The position numbers were made by a program, and so were the translations under genes. Shown piece by piece: positions 37,283-46,714 of a stretch of 64,000 nucleotides of DNA. Source of the stretch: Fibrobacterales bacterium (GTDB taxonomy: Bacteria; Fibrobacterota; Fibrobacteria; Fibrobacterales; JAOPTW01); NCBI GenBank assembly GCA_051532055.1, contig JAOPTX010000003.1, forward strand, positions 167,356 through 231,355. Direction: 5' to 3'. Under the pieces are notes generated by a model that saw nothing but the letters and a program-made list of their open reading frames with translations, was not told the origin of the DNA and ran no database searches. Positions within the stretch are counted from its first letter, which is position 1, and each line of letters opens with the position of its first letter.

Positions 37283-39511
37283 TTAACGCACTCTATTTAT
37301 TTGAACGATATATGCTCTACCATTGGTTTCGAGGTGGGAAATATCAATTGTTTTCGTCCCCACAAACTCCGTGTTTTCATAAAAAGTTCCCAGCAGTTCA
37401 CCTGACACATTAAAGAGCGAAATAGTATACTCGCCTGGCTCTTGAATTGAAATCACTGCATGTGAACCTGTTTGCATTGAAGTATTTGCTGCTAATTGAG
37501 TATCAACTTCTGTTACCCCAATAGTTAATGTATCGGTATAGGGCATTGAACTACTCGAAAGTGCTGACGATGAAAGCTCCATACTACTTGAACTTTCAAT
37601 GGAACTACTCAAAGAAGAGCTCGATGAAATAATAATTGAACTCGAGCTTTGCATTGCTGCTTCTTCTATAACCACTGTTTGGATGGCATGTCCTTCAATA
37701 GTTCCGGTAAATGAGTATTCACCAAGGGTAATGCTGTATTCCGAAGTACTCTCTTCATCATTGAGGATTACTACTGCAATACTCCCATCACTGTTTAAAG
37801 CAGCGGTTACCTCTAGTTTTTCTTCACCCGAAATATTTACCTCTCGGGTAACACCTTCAAAAGTTGATTTTTTATCAGTATCCATCTCAGAATCATTTCC
37901 CTCTGTAGAAACTTCAAGTACTGTAGCGCCCGGACGAATAAATTTGCTGAAATGACCAAAAAGATAAAAAGTAGGATTGTAGTGTATCACAGCATCACTC
38001 CCACTCCCTTTAACCATTACTGGCGCTGCGCACCAATTTCCAACATGATTGGGCCCGCCTTGATCATCTAAGACAATGTTCCAGTCAATCCAACCCGTTA
38101 CCCAGTGATTCAAGCTTGAGATGATATCTCGACCATAGCGGTAGACGCCTTCAACAGCAGGTTGATGATAATACGGGTCAATGCCGAGTCCCTCACGGAG
38201 ATAGTTATAGCCTTCACCATCATCATATCCCCATGAGCCGTGATTGCGTTCCCACCACCATTTCCACCAGTCACTTCTCTCAAACCATGGGTTCTCCATG
38301 TTATTAGGGTGGGCATCACTTGCTTGACAATTATCACCACACTTGTCTGGGTCATCAAAGCCAATACCTTCTCCAGGACTATCTCCCCTCAGCTGATCAA
38401 TGGTAGCTTCTGTTGCCAATAACTTGAGGTGGGGATATTCTGTATGAAAAAATTCGAGTTCATCAATATAGGTGTTCCAGGTGCTCCAATACCAGTGGAG
38501 GCCAATACCATCAAAGTCACCTTTGTCAGATTGGTCTTCCATACCTTTTACAAATTGCTTTGCATGGTCACCTTTGTTTTGGTCGAATCCATATATTTCA
38601 ATGCCTCCATAGCCAGCTTTTTCAAGAGCAGGAACGAGTGCATCATGCACATACTCGCCCTCTTGATCACCTTCAAAATGCATGCTTTCCCAGTTAGCGC
38701 CATTTCCATAAGGTTCATTCACAGGGGTTAGCCCCCAGATATCTATGCCTTCGTTTTTATAGGCATCAAGGTAGGCAACTATGTAGTCGGCAAACGTTGG
38801 GTAATGTTCTTTTTTAAGAACACCACCAAAATAGCCATCACTGTCGGTATATTTTTTAATGACATCAGCATCTTTTTCACCTTCAATCTCTTTCATCCAA
38901 GGGGGAGCGGTCCATGGCGATGCGAGTAATTTCAAATGATCATCACCGGCTAATTCAAGTGCCTGCTTGATCATTGGAACAACATCATACTCCTCTTCTG
39001 TATCTTTTTTTATGGTAAAATCCGATAGATCTTCTTTCATTGCGTAGGTGTACTTGCCGGGCTCAGAAAAATCACAGCTTGCTATGTGAATTCGTGCGAG
39101 AGAATAGTGATTACCTTTAGGGCTAAAAAACGCCTCCATTATTTCATTACGTTTTTTCAGGGGTAATTTGTTGAGTACGATTGCTGATGACTCGGTGAGC
39201 GCGCCCCCAATGCCTGTAATCGTTTGTCGATAACTACTCGGATTAAGGTTTATAGAAATAGTAACAGCGCCATCTGGTGCACTTTTAGTGATAGCCGGGG
39301 AATCATCAAGTGGTGTAAGTTTTTTACCCTTTTTTGATGTTTCATAGATGGTGACGAGTTCGGGAATATAACCGGAAGATTCATTGGTACTGGATGAAAG
39401 CTCAGCATTGCTGGTAGTGAGCCCAAGGGTTAAAATAAAACTGATTACACTGACCAGTAGTGTAAGATTGTGGGTGTAGAGAGAAAAATAGATTGTATGT
39501 GAAAATATCAT
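37283..39511 (-). CDS. GH30 glycoside hydrolase with Ser-rich linker and T9SS-like CTD
   Basis: QTITGIGGALTE, RIHIASCDFS, ASPWTAPPWMK, acid/base VNEP, HWYW, nucleophile ATEA, WIDWN.VLD..GGPNH, HFSKFIRPGA. Confidence 0.92.
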   Translation of the reverse strand: MIFSHTIYFSLYTHNLTLLVSVISFILTLGLTTSNAELSSSTNESSGYIPELVTIYETSKKGKKLTPLDDSPAITKSAPDGAVTISINLNPSSYRQTITGIGGALTESSAIVLNKLPLKKRNEIMEAFFSPKGNHYSLARIHIASCDFSEPGKYTYAMKEDLSDFTIKKDTEEEYDVVPMIKQALELAGDDHLKLLASPWTAPPWMKEIEGEKDADVIKKYTDSDGYFGGVLKKEHYPTFADYIVAYLDAYKNEGIDIWGLTPVNEPYGNGANWESMHFEGDQEGEYVHDALVPALEKAGYGGIEIYGFDQNKGDHAKQFVKGMEDQSDKGDFDGIGLHWYWSTWNTYIDELEFFHTEYPHLKLLATEATIDQLRGDSPGEGIGFDDPDKCGDNCQASDAHPNNMENPWFERSDWWKWWWERNHGSWGYDDGEGYNYLREGLGIDPYYHQPAVEGVYRYGRDIISSLNHWVTGWIDWNIVLDDQGGPNHVGNWCAAPVMVKGSGSDAVIHYNPTFYLFGHFSKFIRPGATVLEVSTEGNDSEMDTDKKSTFEGVTREVNISGEEKLEVTAALNSDGSIAVVILNDEESTSEYSITLGEYSFTGTIEGHAIQTVVIEEAAMQSSSSIIISSSSSLSSSIESSSSMELSSSALSSSSMPYTDTLTIGVTEVDTQLAANTSMQTGSHAVISIQEPGEYTISLFNVSGELLGTFYENTEFVGTKTIDISHLETNGRAYIVQINRVR

Positions 39512-39903
39512 TAGTGTCCTCTTAAAGTGTGTGTTCCTCTTATTAATATATGGAGGATAGCACCAGTAAATGAACGACTAAGTATTACTCAAAGTAAAAA
39601 ATGCCTTTGTTACTCTTCGTAATATCTTTTTGTCCACAAAAAAGTGAACAATGGTAGTTGCTGTGTATGATCGAAAAACGCACTATTTCAAAAGAGTGGA
39701 GGTCTAGAGTAACTGTATTTATGGGCTGTATCGCGGTATTGATAAAATTATTATTTTACTATAAGTAAAAATTAACTGATGAAGTACTACAGTTTAAGTA
39801 AGTGGTTTCAAGAAAGTATACTTCAAGTATTCGTAATTGATGAACATTAATTTAATTTGTATACTGTTACTCCGTACTATTTTCCATCTAAAAAGAGGAC
39901 ATA

Positions 39904-40044
39904 ATGAAATATATTGTAACTTTTGCCTTAACACTTTTACTCTTGTCGTTCATTGGCTGCTCTAACTCTGATATGACTCATGTTGAAGGATGTGGCTGTA
40001 TCAAATTGAGTTCAGATGATTATCTATCTTCATCTGATGATTAG
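39904..40044 (+). CDS. Small lipoprotein (46 aa), not in the ORF track
   Basis: RBS aagagga; MKYIVTFALTLLLLSFIG-CSNSDMTHVEGCGCIKLSSDDYLSSSDD*. Confidence 0.7.
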   Translation: MKYIVTFALTLLLLSFIGCSNSDMTHVEGCGCIKLSSDDYLSSSDD

Positions 40045-40092
40045 GTTACATTTGTAGTAAAGACACATTCTAAACATCTCAAGGCATACACT

Positions 40093-40428
40093 ATGATTGA
40101 ATTCTGTTTACCTATATTCACTACCTCGAACCTTGAAACAGCCATGGAGTTATATCAAGACCTGTTTAAGTTTAGTATTGACTCACAAGGGGAGGGGTTT
40201 GCCCAAATGAGTCGTGATGGGGTGAGTATAATGTTACAGGAAACAGAGAACCCTATTATACAGCAGGTGTTATTTGGAGTATCAAGCTTTCGGGAGTTGT
40301 TCAAAGAGTTTAACATGAATGGCGTCATATTCATTCAACTCCCTGAAAATAGCGATAATGGTAATGAATTTAGAGTAAAAGATTACGATGGAAATATTCT
40401 TTGGTTTGTAGACTCTAAAAACTTGTAG
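40093..40428 (+). CDS. VOC/glyoxalase-bleomycin resistance family protein
   Basis: P.F...NLE.A..LY.DLF.F, GV.IML, EFRVKDYDGNILWF. Confidence 0.75.
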   Translation: MIEFCLPIFTTSNLETAMELYQDLFKFSIDSQGEGFAQMSRDGVSIMLQETENPIIQQVLFGVSSFRELFKEFNMNGVIFIQLPENSDNGNEFRVKDYDGNILWFVDSKNL

Positions 40429-40540
40429 GAATTACTCACTCAATTAAAATAGATGAGCTCGATTCACTCCTGTTTATCTAACTTGTAGGCGTCAGCAATT
40501 CAGTAATTCAGCTGTTGCATACGGTAGGTATCGAGTCATT

Positions 40541-40999
40541 ATGATCTCAACAAAAAATAGAGAGATATTTCACATAGATGGGACCCTTCGTGATCTTTTT
40601 GTAAAAAATACAGGAAAAGTTGAGTGGCAATGTCTTATGCGTTTCCTTATGGACTCTGACCATGAGGTATCGCTCTTAAAGAATCATGAAAAAATTGCTA
40701 TTACATCATTTAGGTTTAAAGATATTTTTGAAACCGACGAGTTGTTTGAACTCGAAATATTTCTTGATGCTGTAAAAGTAAACTGTCAGTTTTTTATTTC
40801 TACAGAAATAGAGCTCGATATTGATCCTGCAGATATCAAAACAGATTCAGATGCCCAAAATGTTTTCACCTTCATGGAAGCAATTGGTACTGCATTGCTT
40901 CGTAATGTTTTACTGACCGAAGAAAACTCTGAAAATCAGGTGATTGTGGAATATGATCATGAGTCTAATCAGATGGTGTATCGCTCAATTCGAAATTAA
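40541..40999 (+). CDS. Conserved hypothetical acidic protein
   Basis: Clean 152-aa ORF; motifs DGTLRD.FV, W, NC.FF...EIELDIDP, LT.EN. Confidence 0.6.
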   Translation: MISTKNREIFHIDGTLRDLFVKNTGKVEWQCLMRFLMDSDHEVSLLKNHEKIAITSFRFKDIFETDELFELEIFLDAVKVNCQFFISTEIELDIDPADIKTDSDAQNVFTFMEAIGTALLRNVLLTEENSENQVIVEYDHESNQMVYRSIRN

Positions 41000-41177
41000 A
41001 AGATTACTTGATTACAGATAAAAGCCTATATAGTGATAGTATGGTAATATTCATTTTACATAAGCTTGTGCAATAGGTGATTCCTATCACTACTACAAAT
41101 CAATAATTCTATTATTGGCTGAAATAGTTATTATTTGCCTTACAAGTTAAATAGAGAACCTTTAGTTGGGGGGATTA

Positions 41178-43682
41178 ATGAAACAAATCGTTATAATATA
41201 TAGTGTTATAGTACTGAGTTTACTATCGATTTTGAGCTGTGAAAACACTGTTTCTTCTAATCAGCAACGAGATTATATTGTCAGTGTTAATAATGCCTCA
41301 AAATTAAAAATTGATAGTGTCGTTCTTACTGAAATAGTAGTGACTGGCACTGTGGTTGATTCTATCAAAAAAACATATTTAGCACATGAATTGGGGACAG
41401 TGGATCATGGCGAGGCAGGATATTCGCATGAAATCAACTTGGTCTTACAGGGGGATGAATCATCGTTAGTTACCATCGAATATACAATGTATTCTTATGG
41501 AGTACCTTTCTATTCCAAAAATAAACATTTCACTTTAGGGGGAGCTGTACAAAAGACTGATGTATCACAGTATAAATTGTTGGGAGCTGCTATGGGGGAT
41601 TATCAGATCGAAAGCGGTGGAGCTGATACTACTAATATTGTACTCCTCAGAGAAATATTTGTGAGATATATGGTACGTGTTGATAACGAAAACCCTGATG
41701 TTTTTTATGTAGCTTATATTAATACACCTAATACTTCAGCATCTGAATTAGTAAATGATTTGGTTTTAAAAAAGGGTGGAGGATTTCTTGCAATGGTAGA
41801 AGTCACTAATATGTTGCCAGAAGGGATAGATATTGAAGCGCTTCTTAATGGTACTTCTGTTGCAGGAACTGGGGTACCTGAAAATAATTCGAGTAGTAGC
41901 ACTATTCCTGTGAGCAGTATTGCTCAACTAGATATTTCAAGTAATGGAGTCATTAGTTCATCAAGTAGTGCTCTGGTAGTATCATCGAGTAGTACTGATC
42001 CTGATACTCTCTCTAGCAGTAGTATGAGAATCGTTTCATCAAGTAGTAGTACGCTTGTGGCACCGTCAAGTAGCAGTGTCGATGAATCGTCGAGCAGTGT
42101 TTTGACTTTTAATGTAAGTATGGAGTTTGCTATAGGGGGCTTTGTTATTGCTGATGGCTCTACCTATACCAATGGATCACAATTAGAACTGGCACCATTA
42201 CAAGCGGCGACCATAATTGCGGTTCCTGAAACAGGCTATACCTTTAGTCATTGGGAGGCTTCGGTAGCTGAATTGACAATAGGAAATACGAAATTGACTA
42301 CAACGTCCTTAGTTGCAAGTGCACATGGGGTGCTTAAGGCTGTATTCATGCCCATCAATAGAAAAATTATATTTCTTACTACTGATAACTATGGTGCCGT
42401 ATCATTAGATGGTACAGAGTTAACGAGTTCATTTGACTTTATATTTGGAACATCTGTAATTTTACAATCAACAGCAGACTTTGGGTATGCATTTAGTTCT
42501 TGGGAGTCATCCAATATTACTATAACCAATGATAAACATGCTGTTACGGAAATAACTAATGTGACTGCGGCAAGTAGCACTTTGAAAGCGATATATGAGC
42601 CGGTAACCTACGCTGTACCTTCAGATGTCGTAGGCGGAGAAGGGACAATAAATTTTAGTGGTAACTATACCTTTGGAACCACAGAGACTTTGAGTGTTAT
42701 TCCAGATTTTGGCTATACTTTTTCTAATTGGAATGTTGTCGGGGTAGTTATAGCAGCAAACACTGAAAGTACAACAATTACAGGGATCACCTCTGAAATT
42801 GCTTCGGTATCTGTCGAATTGCTCCCGTTGGTATATTCCATCCCAACTACAACTGTAGGGGTGGATGGTACTATTGACTTCGATGGTTTGTATACCTATG
42901 GTACTACAGAACAAATTGTCGCGAAGCCAGCAGAAGGGAATGTGTTTGTGCGTTGGGAGGCATCCAATGTAATTATCGATGACTCTACGCGAGAAACGGC
43001 GAATATTACCTCAGTGAGTACTGGAAGTGATTCTTGGGATATTAGAGCTGTTTTTGAAGATGCTATTGGTACTTTTACTGATGTACGAGATGGTCAAAAA
43101 TATAAATCGACCATTATAGGCGGTCAGACCTGGATGGCGGAAAACCTTAACTTCACTACGGCTGCTTCTGTGTGTTATGATAATCTACCCCTCAATTGTG
43201 ATCAATATGGTGCACTCTATTATGCAGATGATGCTGAGACAAATGCATGTCCTGCAGGCTGGACAGTACCGACCTATGACGATTGGAATATTTTTAGTGA
43301 TTATCTAGAAGAATATGGAGGTGGGTATGATTATGATAATCATGACAATGACTGTATAAATAATTTCGGTGAACCAATTAAATCAACTACAGGGTGGAGT
43401 AAATTTAATTATAATATGGAGTGCTTGCGTGACTTTGATGAATCAAATATGGTAGATGGCAATGGCACTAATTCATTGGACTTTTCAGCGATACCTTCAG
43501 GTTGGAAACACAGTGCCCAGGCAGACTATTATATAAGAAAAGGCAGTGAAGCTCACTATTGGGCATCAACAGAAATTGGAAATAATTTTAATCGCACTTT
43601 TATAGTCAGAGAATCACATTATGCTCGTGGTAGCTCTGGTTCTAGAGATTATGCATTATCAGTGCGCTGTATAAAAGAATAA
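41178..43682 (+). CDS. Lipoprotein with Ser-rich linker, about four InlB B-repeat-like domains and C-terminal FISUMP domain
   Basis: Lipobox ILS-C; P..GY.FS.W repeats; FTDVRDGQKY, IGGQTWMAENLN, CPAGWTVP, LSVRCIKE. Confidence 0.87.
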   Translation: MKQIVIIYSVIVLSLLSILSCENTVSSNQQRDYIVSVNNASKLKIDSVVLTEIVVTGTVVDSIKKTYLAHELGTVDHGEAGYSHEINLVLQGDESSLVTIEYTMYSYGVPFYSKNKHFTLGGAVQKTDVSQYKLLGAAMGDYQIESGGADTTNIVLLREIFVRYMVRVDNENPDVFYVAYINTPNTSASELVNDLVLKKGGGFLAMVEVTNMLPEGIDIEALLNGTSVAGTGVPENNSSSSTIPVSSIAQLDISSNGVISSSSSALVVSSSSTDPDTLSSSSMRIVSSSSSTLVAPSSSSVDESSSSVLTFNVSMEFAIGGFVIADGSTYTNGSQLELAPLQAATIIAVPETGYTFSHWEASVAELTIGNTKLTTTSLVASAHGVLKAVFMPINRKIIFLTTDNYGAVSLDGTELTSSFDFIFGTSVILQSTADFGYAFSSWESSNITITNDKHAVTEITNVTAASSTLKAIYEPVTYAVPSDVVGGEGTINFSGNYTFGTTETLSVIPDFGYTFSNWNVVGVVIAANTESTTITGITSEIASVSVELLPLVYSIPTTTVGVDGTIDFDGLYTYGTTEQIVAKPAEGNVFVRWEASNVIIDDSTRETANITSVSTGSDSWDIRAVFEDAIGTFTDVRDGQKYKSTIIGGQTWMAENLNFTTAASVCYDNLPLNCDQYGALYYADDAETNACPAGWTVPTYDDWNIFSDYLEEYGGGYDYDNHDNDCINNFGEPIKSTTGWSKFNYNMECLRDFDESNMVDGNGTNSLDFSAIPSGWKHSAQADYYIRKGSEAHYWASTEIGNNFNRTFIVRESHYARGSSGSRDYALSVRCIKE

Positions 43683-43685
43683 TCT

Positions 43686-44012
43686 ATGAAAAATAAGCTA
43701 GTAATTTTAGTCATCACACTACTGCCACTACTATACATAGTGACTCATATTGCATTGACCATTATACTCTACAGCCTGAGTGAGAACCTTTATGATTCAT
43801 ACGAATCATTTATGAGCAGCTTTGACCCCGCAATACTCTATTTTATATTGTGGATTATACCAGTGCTCTTTTATAGTAACCACGCATTTAAAAATGATCA
43901 ACTATCGATACTGTCAAAGTCGAGCATAACTTTAGCCTTTCTGTTTTTCAACATTTTTGCAATGCTCCCGTATTATTACTTTTTCATATTTAAAAAGGCC
44001 ACCCCGGAGTAG
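43686..44012 (+). CDS. Small membrane protein (about three TM segments)
   Basis: Hydrophobic 108-aa ORF starting 3 bp after the FISUMP gene stop. Confidence 0.55.
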   Translation: MKNKLVILVITLLPLLYIVTHIALTIILYSLSENLYDSYESFMSSFDPAILYFILWIIPVLFYSNHAFKNDQLSILSKSSITLAFLFFNIFAMLPYYYFFIFKKATPE

Positions 44013-44084
44013 CCTTTTGTATGTGCATCAGTTGTCTAATAACTATGCACCATCCTGTATCGTATCACCTGTCCGATACTTGTT

Positions 44085-45584
44085 TTATTCAGAAACTTTC
44101 GTAATATTCCACTGTTGATTGGCTTCTCCTACATACTCCCATTGGTGAATTGATGCGCCATTCCAATAGGCATACTCAGAAACATCAAGTACTTTTCCAC
44201 TGAGAACATTCATAATAATATATGAACCATTTTCGATTTGTGTAAGAATCCACTGTTGATTAAGGCCATTAACCCAGTCCCACTGATGGGCATTACCACC
44301 ATTCTCTTTTGACCACTCGGCAACATCGAGAACTTTTCCACTTGCTACATTAGTAATTGCATGACCAAAAGTACTTGCAGTGATAGTCCATTGTTGGTTG
44401 AGTCCACCATGAAGGTCCCATTGCTGTATGTTTGAACCATTGTCACCACCTGCACCATCGAGTGCTTTGCCACTATGACGTGCAGTAAGAAAGAAACGTT
44501 CAGATGGATCCCAGCCAGTTATTTCCGCGATTTTAACAAGATCACCATCTACAGTTAATTGAGTCCAGCCAATATACGAGCCATTGATAACAGGGTATCC
44601 TTCATTAGATTCAGTATTGGTGACTTGGTTAATGACTGCCCCGTTGTAATGATATACATCAAAGTTTCCACCAGAGATTTGTTTACTCAGGTATACGATG
44701 TTACCATTGTCAATGCGGATATCTTTAACCGTTTCATCATGACTACTGATAGAGGTTGTATTCGTTCCGTCAAAAAGAACCACTTCATAGTGATTAAAGT
44801 TATACGGAGGGTGACCACCGAAGTCGTAACGTGATTTCCAAACGACTTGTCCGTTAGAGATAGCAAACTCGTCATCGGATTGAGGACTGTTACTGATGTT
44901 GGTTGTTACACCGTTTGAGTGCATAAATACTTCACGATCACTTCCTGGAATATATTCACCCCAAACAATGATGTCATTTTCAACAATAGGGTCCATTGCG
45001 CCAATTCCAGAAGGGATTTGTGTAATAATCCCATCTTTCCAGCTATAGACTTCATGTATTCCGAGCTCTCCACCAACCCAAACAATGTGTCCATTGTGTA
45101 TACTTGGATTGTTATCTCTGATGTCATTGTCAGTAATTTGAACAAGTTCTGAGCCGTTGTAGAAATAAACTTCTGAATCGTTGCCGTCCCACATTGAGAA
45201 CACCACTTGGCCGTTGCTGAATGAGAGCCCTTCCCAGCCGAGAGATGCTTCAGGTGCAACGTTGTTTGTTTCTGTACCATTATATATGTGTACACCCGGT
45301 TCGTTAGGAACGTGATAGGCGTACCGACCATTTTCAACTCCTGCAAAACGATCCATAAGGGTGTTTTCCGTTATTTGAGTTGCTTCTATACCGTCAGTGA
45401 TGAAGAGTTCTTGGCGCTCTCCATATGCCCATGCCGCTCCAATATATGCGCTGCCATTTTCTACACTAAATAGAATTTTCGACCCTGCTGTTGTTGGGTA
45501 GGTTACATCGGTAATAGTGTATTTTGCTTGTGCAATAGTAGCAGTGAGCCCTAATGCAATTACTAAATGTTTAAATGCTTTCAT
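44085..45584 (-). CDS. Secreted beta-propeller repeat protein with C-terminal ricin-type (CBM13) lectin
   Basis: Signal AQA|K; ~38-aa repeats G.VVW....D.EV..YNG....QIT.N...D..P.I; ricin SGK.LDV...NG..I.QW...G.NQQW three times. Confidence 0.85.
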   Translation of the reverse strand: MKAFKHLVIALGLTATIAQAKYTITDVTYPTTAGSKILFSVENGSAYIGAAWAYGERQELFITDGIEATQITENTLMDRFAGVENGRYAYHVPNEPGVHIYNGTETNNVAPEASLGWEGLSFSNGQVVFSMWDGNDSEVYFYNGSELVQITDNDIRDNNPSIHNGHIVWVGGELGIHEVYSWKDGIITQIPSGIGAMDPIVENDIIVWGEYIPGSDREVFMHSNGVTTNISNSPQSDDEFAISNGQVVWKSRYDFGGHPPYNFNHYEVVLFDGTNTTSISSHDETVKDIRIDNGNIVYLSKQISGGNFDVYHYNGAVINQVTNTESNEGYPVINGSYIGWTQLTVDGDLVKIAEITGWDPSERFFLTARHSGKALDGAGGDNGSNIQQWDLHGGLNQQWTITASTFGHAITNVASGKVLDVAEWSKENGGNAHQWDWVNGLNQQWILTQIENGSYIIMNVLSGKVLDVSEYAYWNGASIHQWEYVGEANQQWNITKVSE

Positions 45585-46000
45585 GTATGATTTTCCTTTA
45601 TCCTATAAATAATTATGTGTAGAGCCTACCGTTATTCTAGATAACGCTTGCTGCATACTTGTATAATTTGATGAAGATTCGACATATGAATCATAGGGTT
45701 TTGTTTGAAAACCAATATAAGATACGACCTCTGAATATCTCTGTAAGGGAGATATGCCCGTTCAGATGTGTCTATTTGTGCCCCATCAGCACTACAAATG
45801 TACTATAGATATCCGACTTCCTTCATTTTGTAAATAGAAAGTTTTCCTATAAGAAAAGAGTTGTACAACCTTGTGTTAGATGTTTTAGTGAGGAATCAGC
45901 TCTAAGGTGAGAGACTGTATTGTATTAATAAGTGAAATGTTTAGATTTATACTTTTAAACCTACCAACTCTATTTTAGAGCTAATAAACGAGATTATACT

Positions 46001-46471
46001 ATGGAACTCTATCAATTTTACATTGAACTTATACCGACACGCTGGCTCAGAGACAATGATATTGCCTATCTTTACAACGATGTTCAAAAATTGGATACCT
46101 ACGAAGCGTGGGAATTGAATCAACCAAAATTTGATTTCGAACCGATGATTTCAAAAATGTTACCGAAGGGTCCATCATGGTGTAGTGATATTAAAATCTG
46201 GGGTGATGAGAAGGAGTCTGATGTCCAGGTTATTAGAGAGGGCAGTAAAATTGAATCAATTTCAATTCGCATTGATATGCGAAGAGAAGTTATGCCGTTG
46301 TTGATTGATGTACTAGACCTCGCTTCTGAAATGAAGTGTCAGTTGCTTATTCCAGAGGTAAAGACCTGTATTGCTCCTTCGTTAACGGAGATTAAACCGT
46401 TTATACTCGGGGCTGCTTCTTTTGAATATTGTGGCAATCCTGAAGATTTTGCCGAATGTAAAACCTTATAA
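46001..46471 (+). CDS. Conserved hypothetical protein
   Basis: 156-aa ORF; motifs QF..LIP, LP...SW....IWG, I..RID.R. Confidence 0.6.
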   Translation: MELYQFYIELIPTRWLRDNDIAYLYNDVQKLDTYEAWELNQPKFDFEPMISKMLPKGPSWCSDIKIWGDEKESDVQVIREGSKIESISIRIDMRREVMPLLIDVLDLASEMKCQLLIPEVKTCIAPSLTEIKPFILGAASFEYCGNPEDFAECKTL

Positions 46472-46714
46472 TCATCCTTAAATTATCTAGGGTATTTGGT
46501 TCTAAATATGGGATCATTAGAGCTATCGTTTGTCACTATTTGAAGCGGTTTAGGGGCTCAAGCAGGTGCTTCCTAAAAGAAAGCTGAATATTTTGGTGTT
46601 TCCGGGGTGTCGTTAGTTATGAGCTAATAATTACTATCTTTTGTAACCATTGCAATTGGTCTATACAGTGCTTTCTACACCTATTTAACTGTATACCATA
46701 CTAAAGGATTTACA

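Noticed and set aside
33685..39511. GH5 and GH30 as a classical polysaccharide utilisation locus
   Set aside because: The genes are convergent and separated by a terminator, with no SusC/SusD, transporter or adjacent regulator.
39512..39903. Long intergenic regions (also 45585-46000, 18381-18791, 5414-5783) as ncRNA or riboswitch, including c-di-GMP riboswitches
   Set aside because: Only short AT-rich hairpins are visible and I recognised no conserved riboswitch or tRNA signature; an Infernal/Rfam scan would be needed.
12867..43682. Diversity-generating retroelement targeting the FISUMP C-termini
   Set aside because: No reverse transcriptase, and no near-identical non-coding template repeat of any FISUMP 3' end was seen in the window; a remote DGR cannot be excluded.
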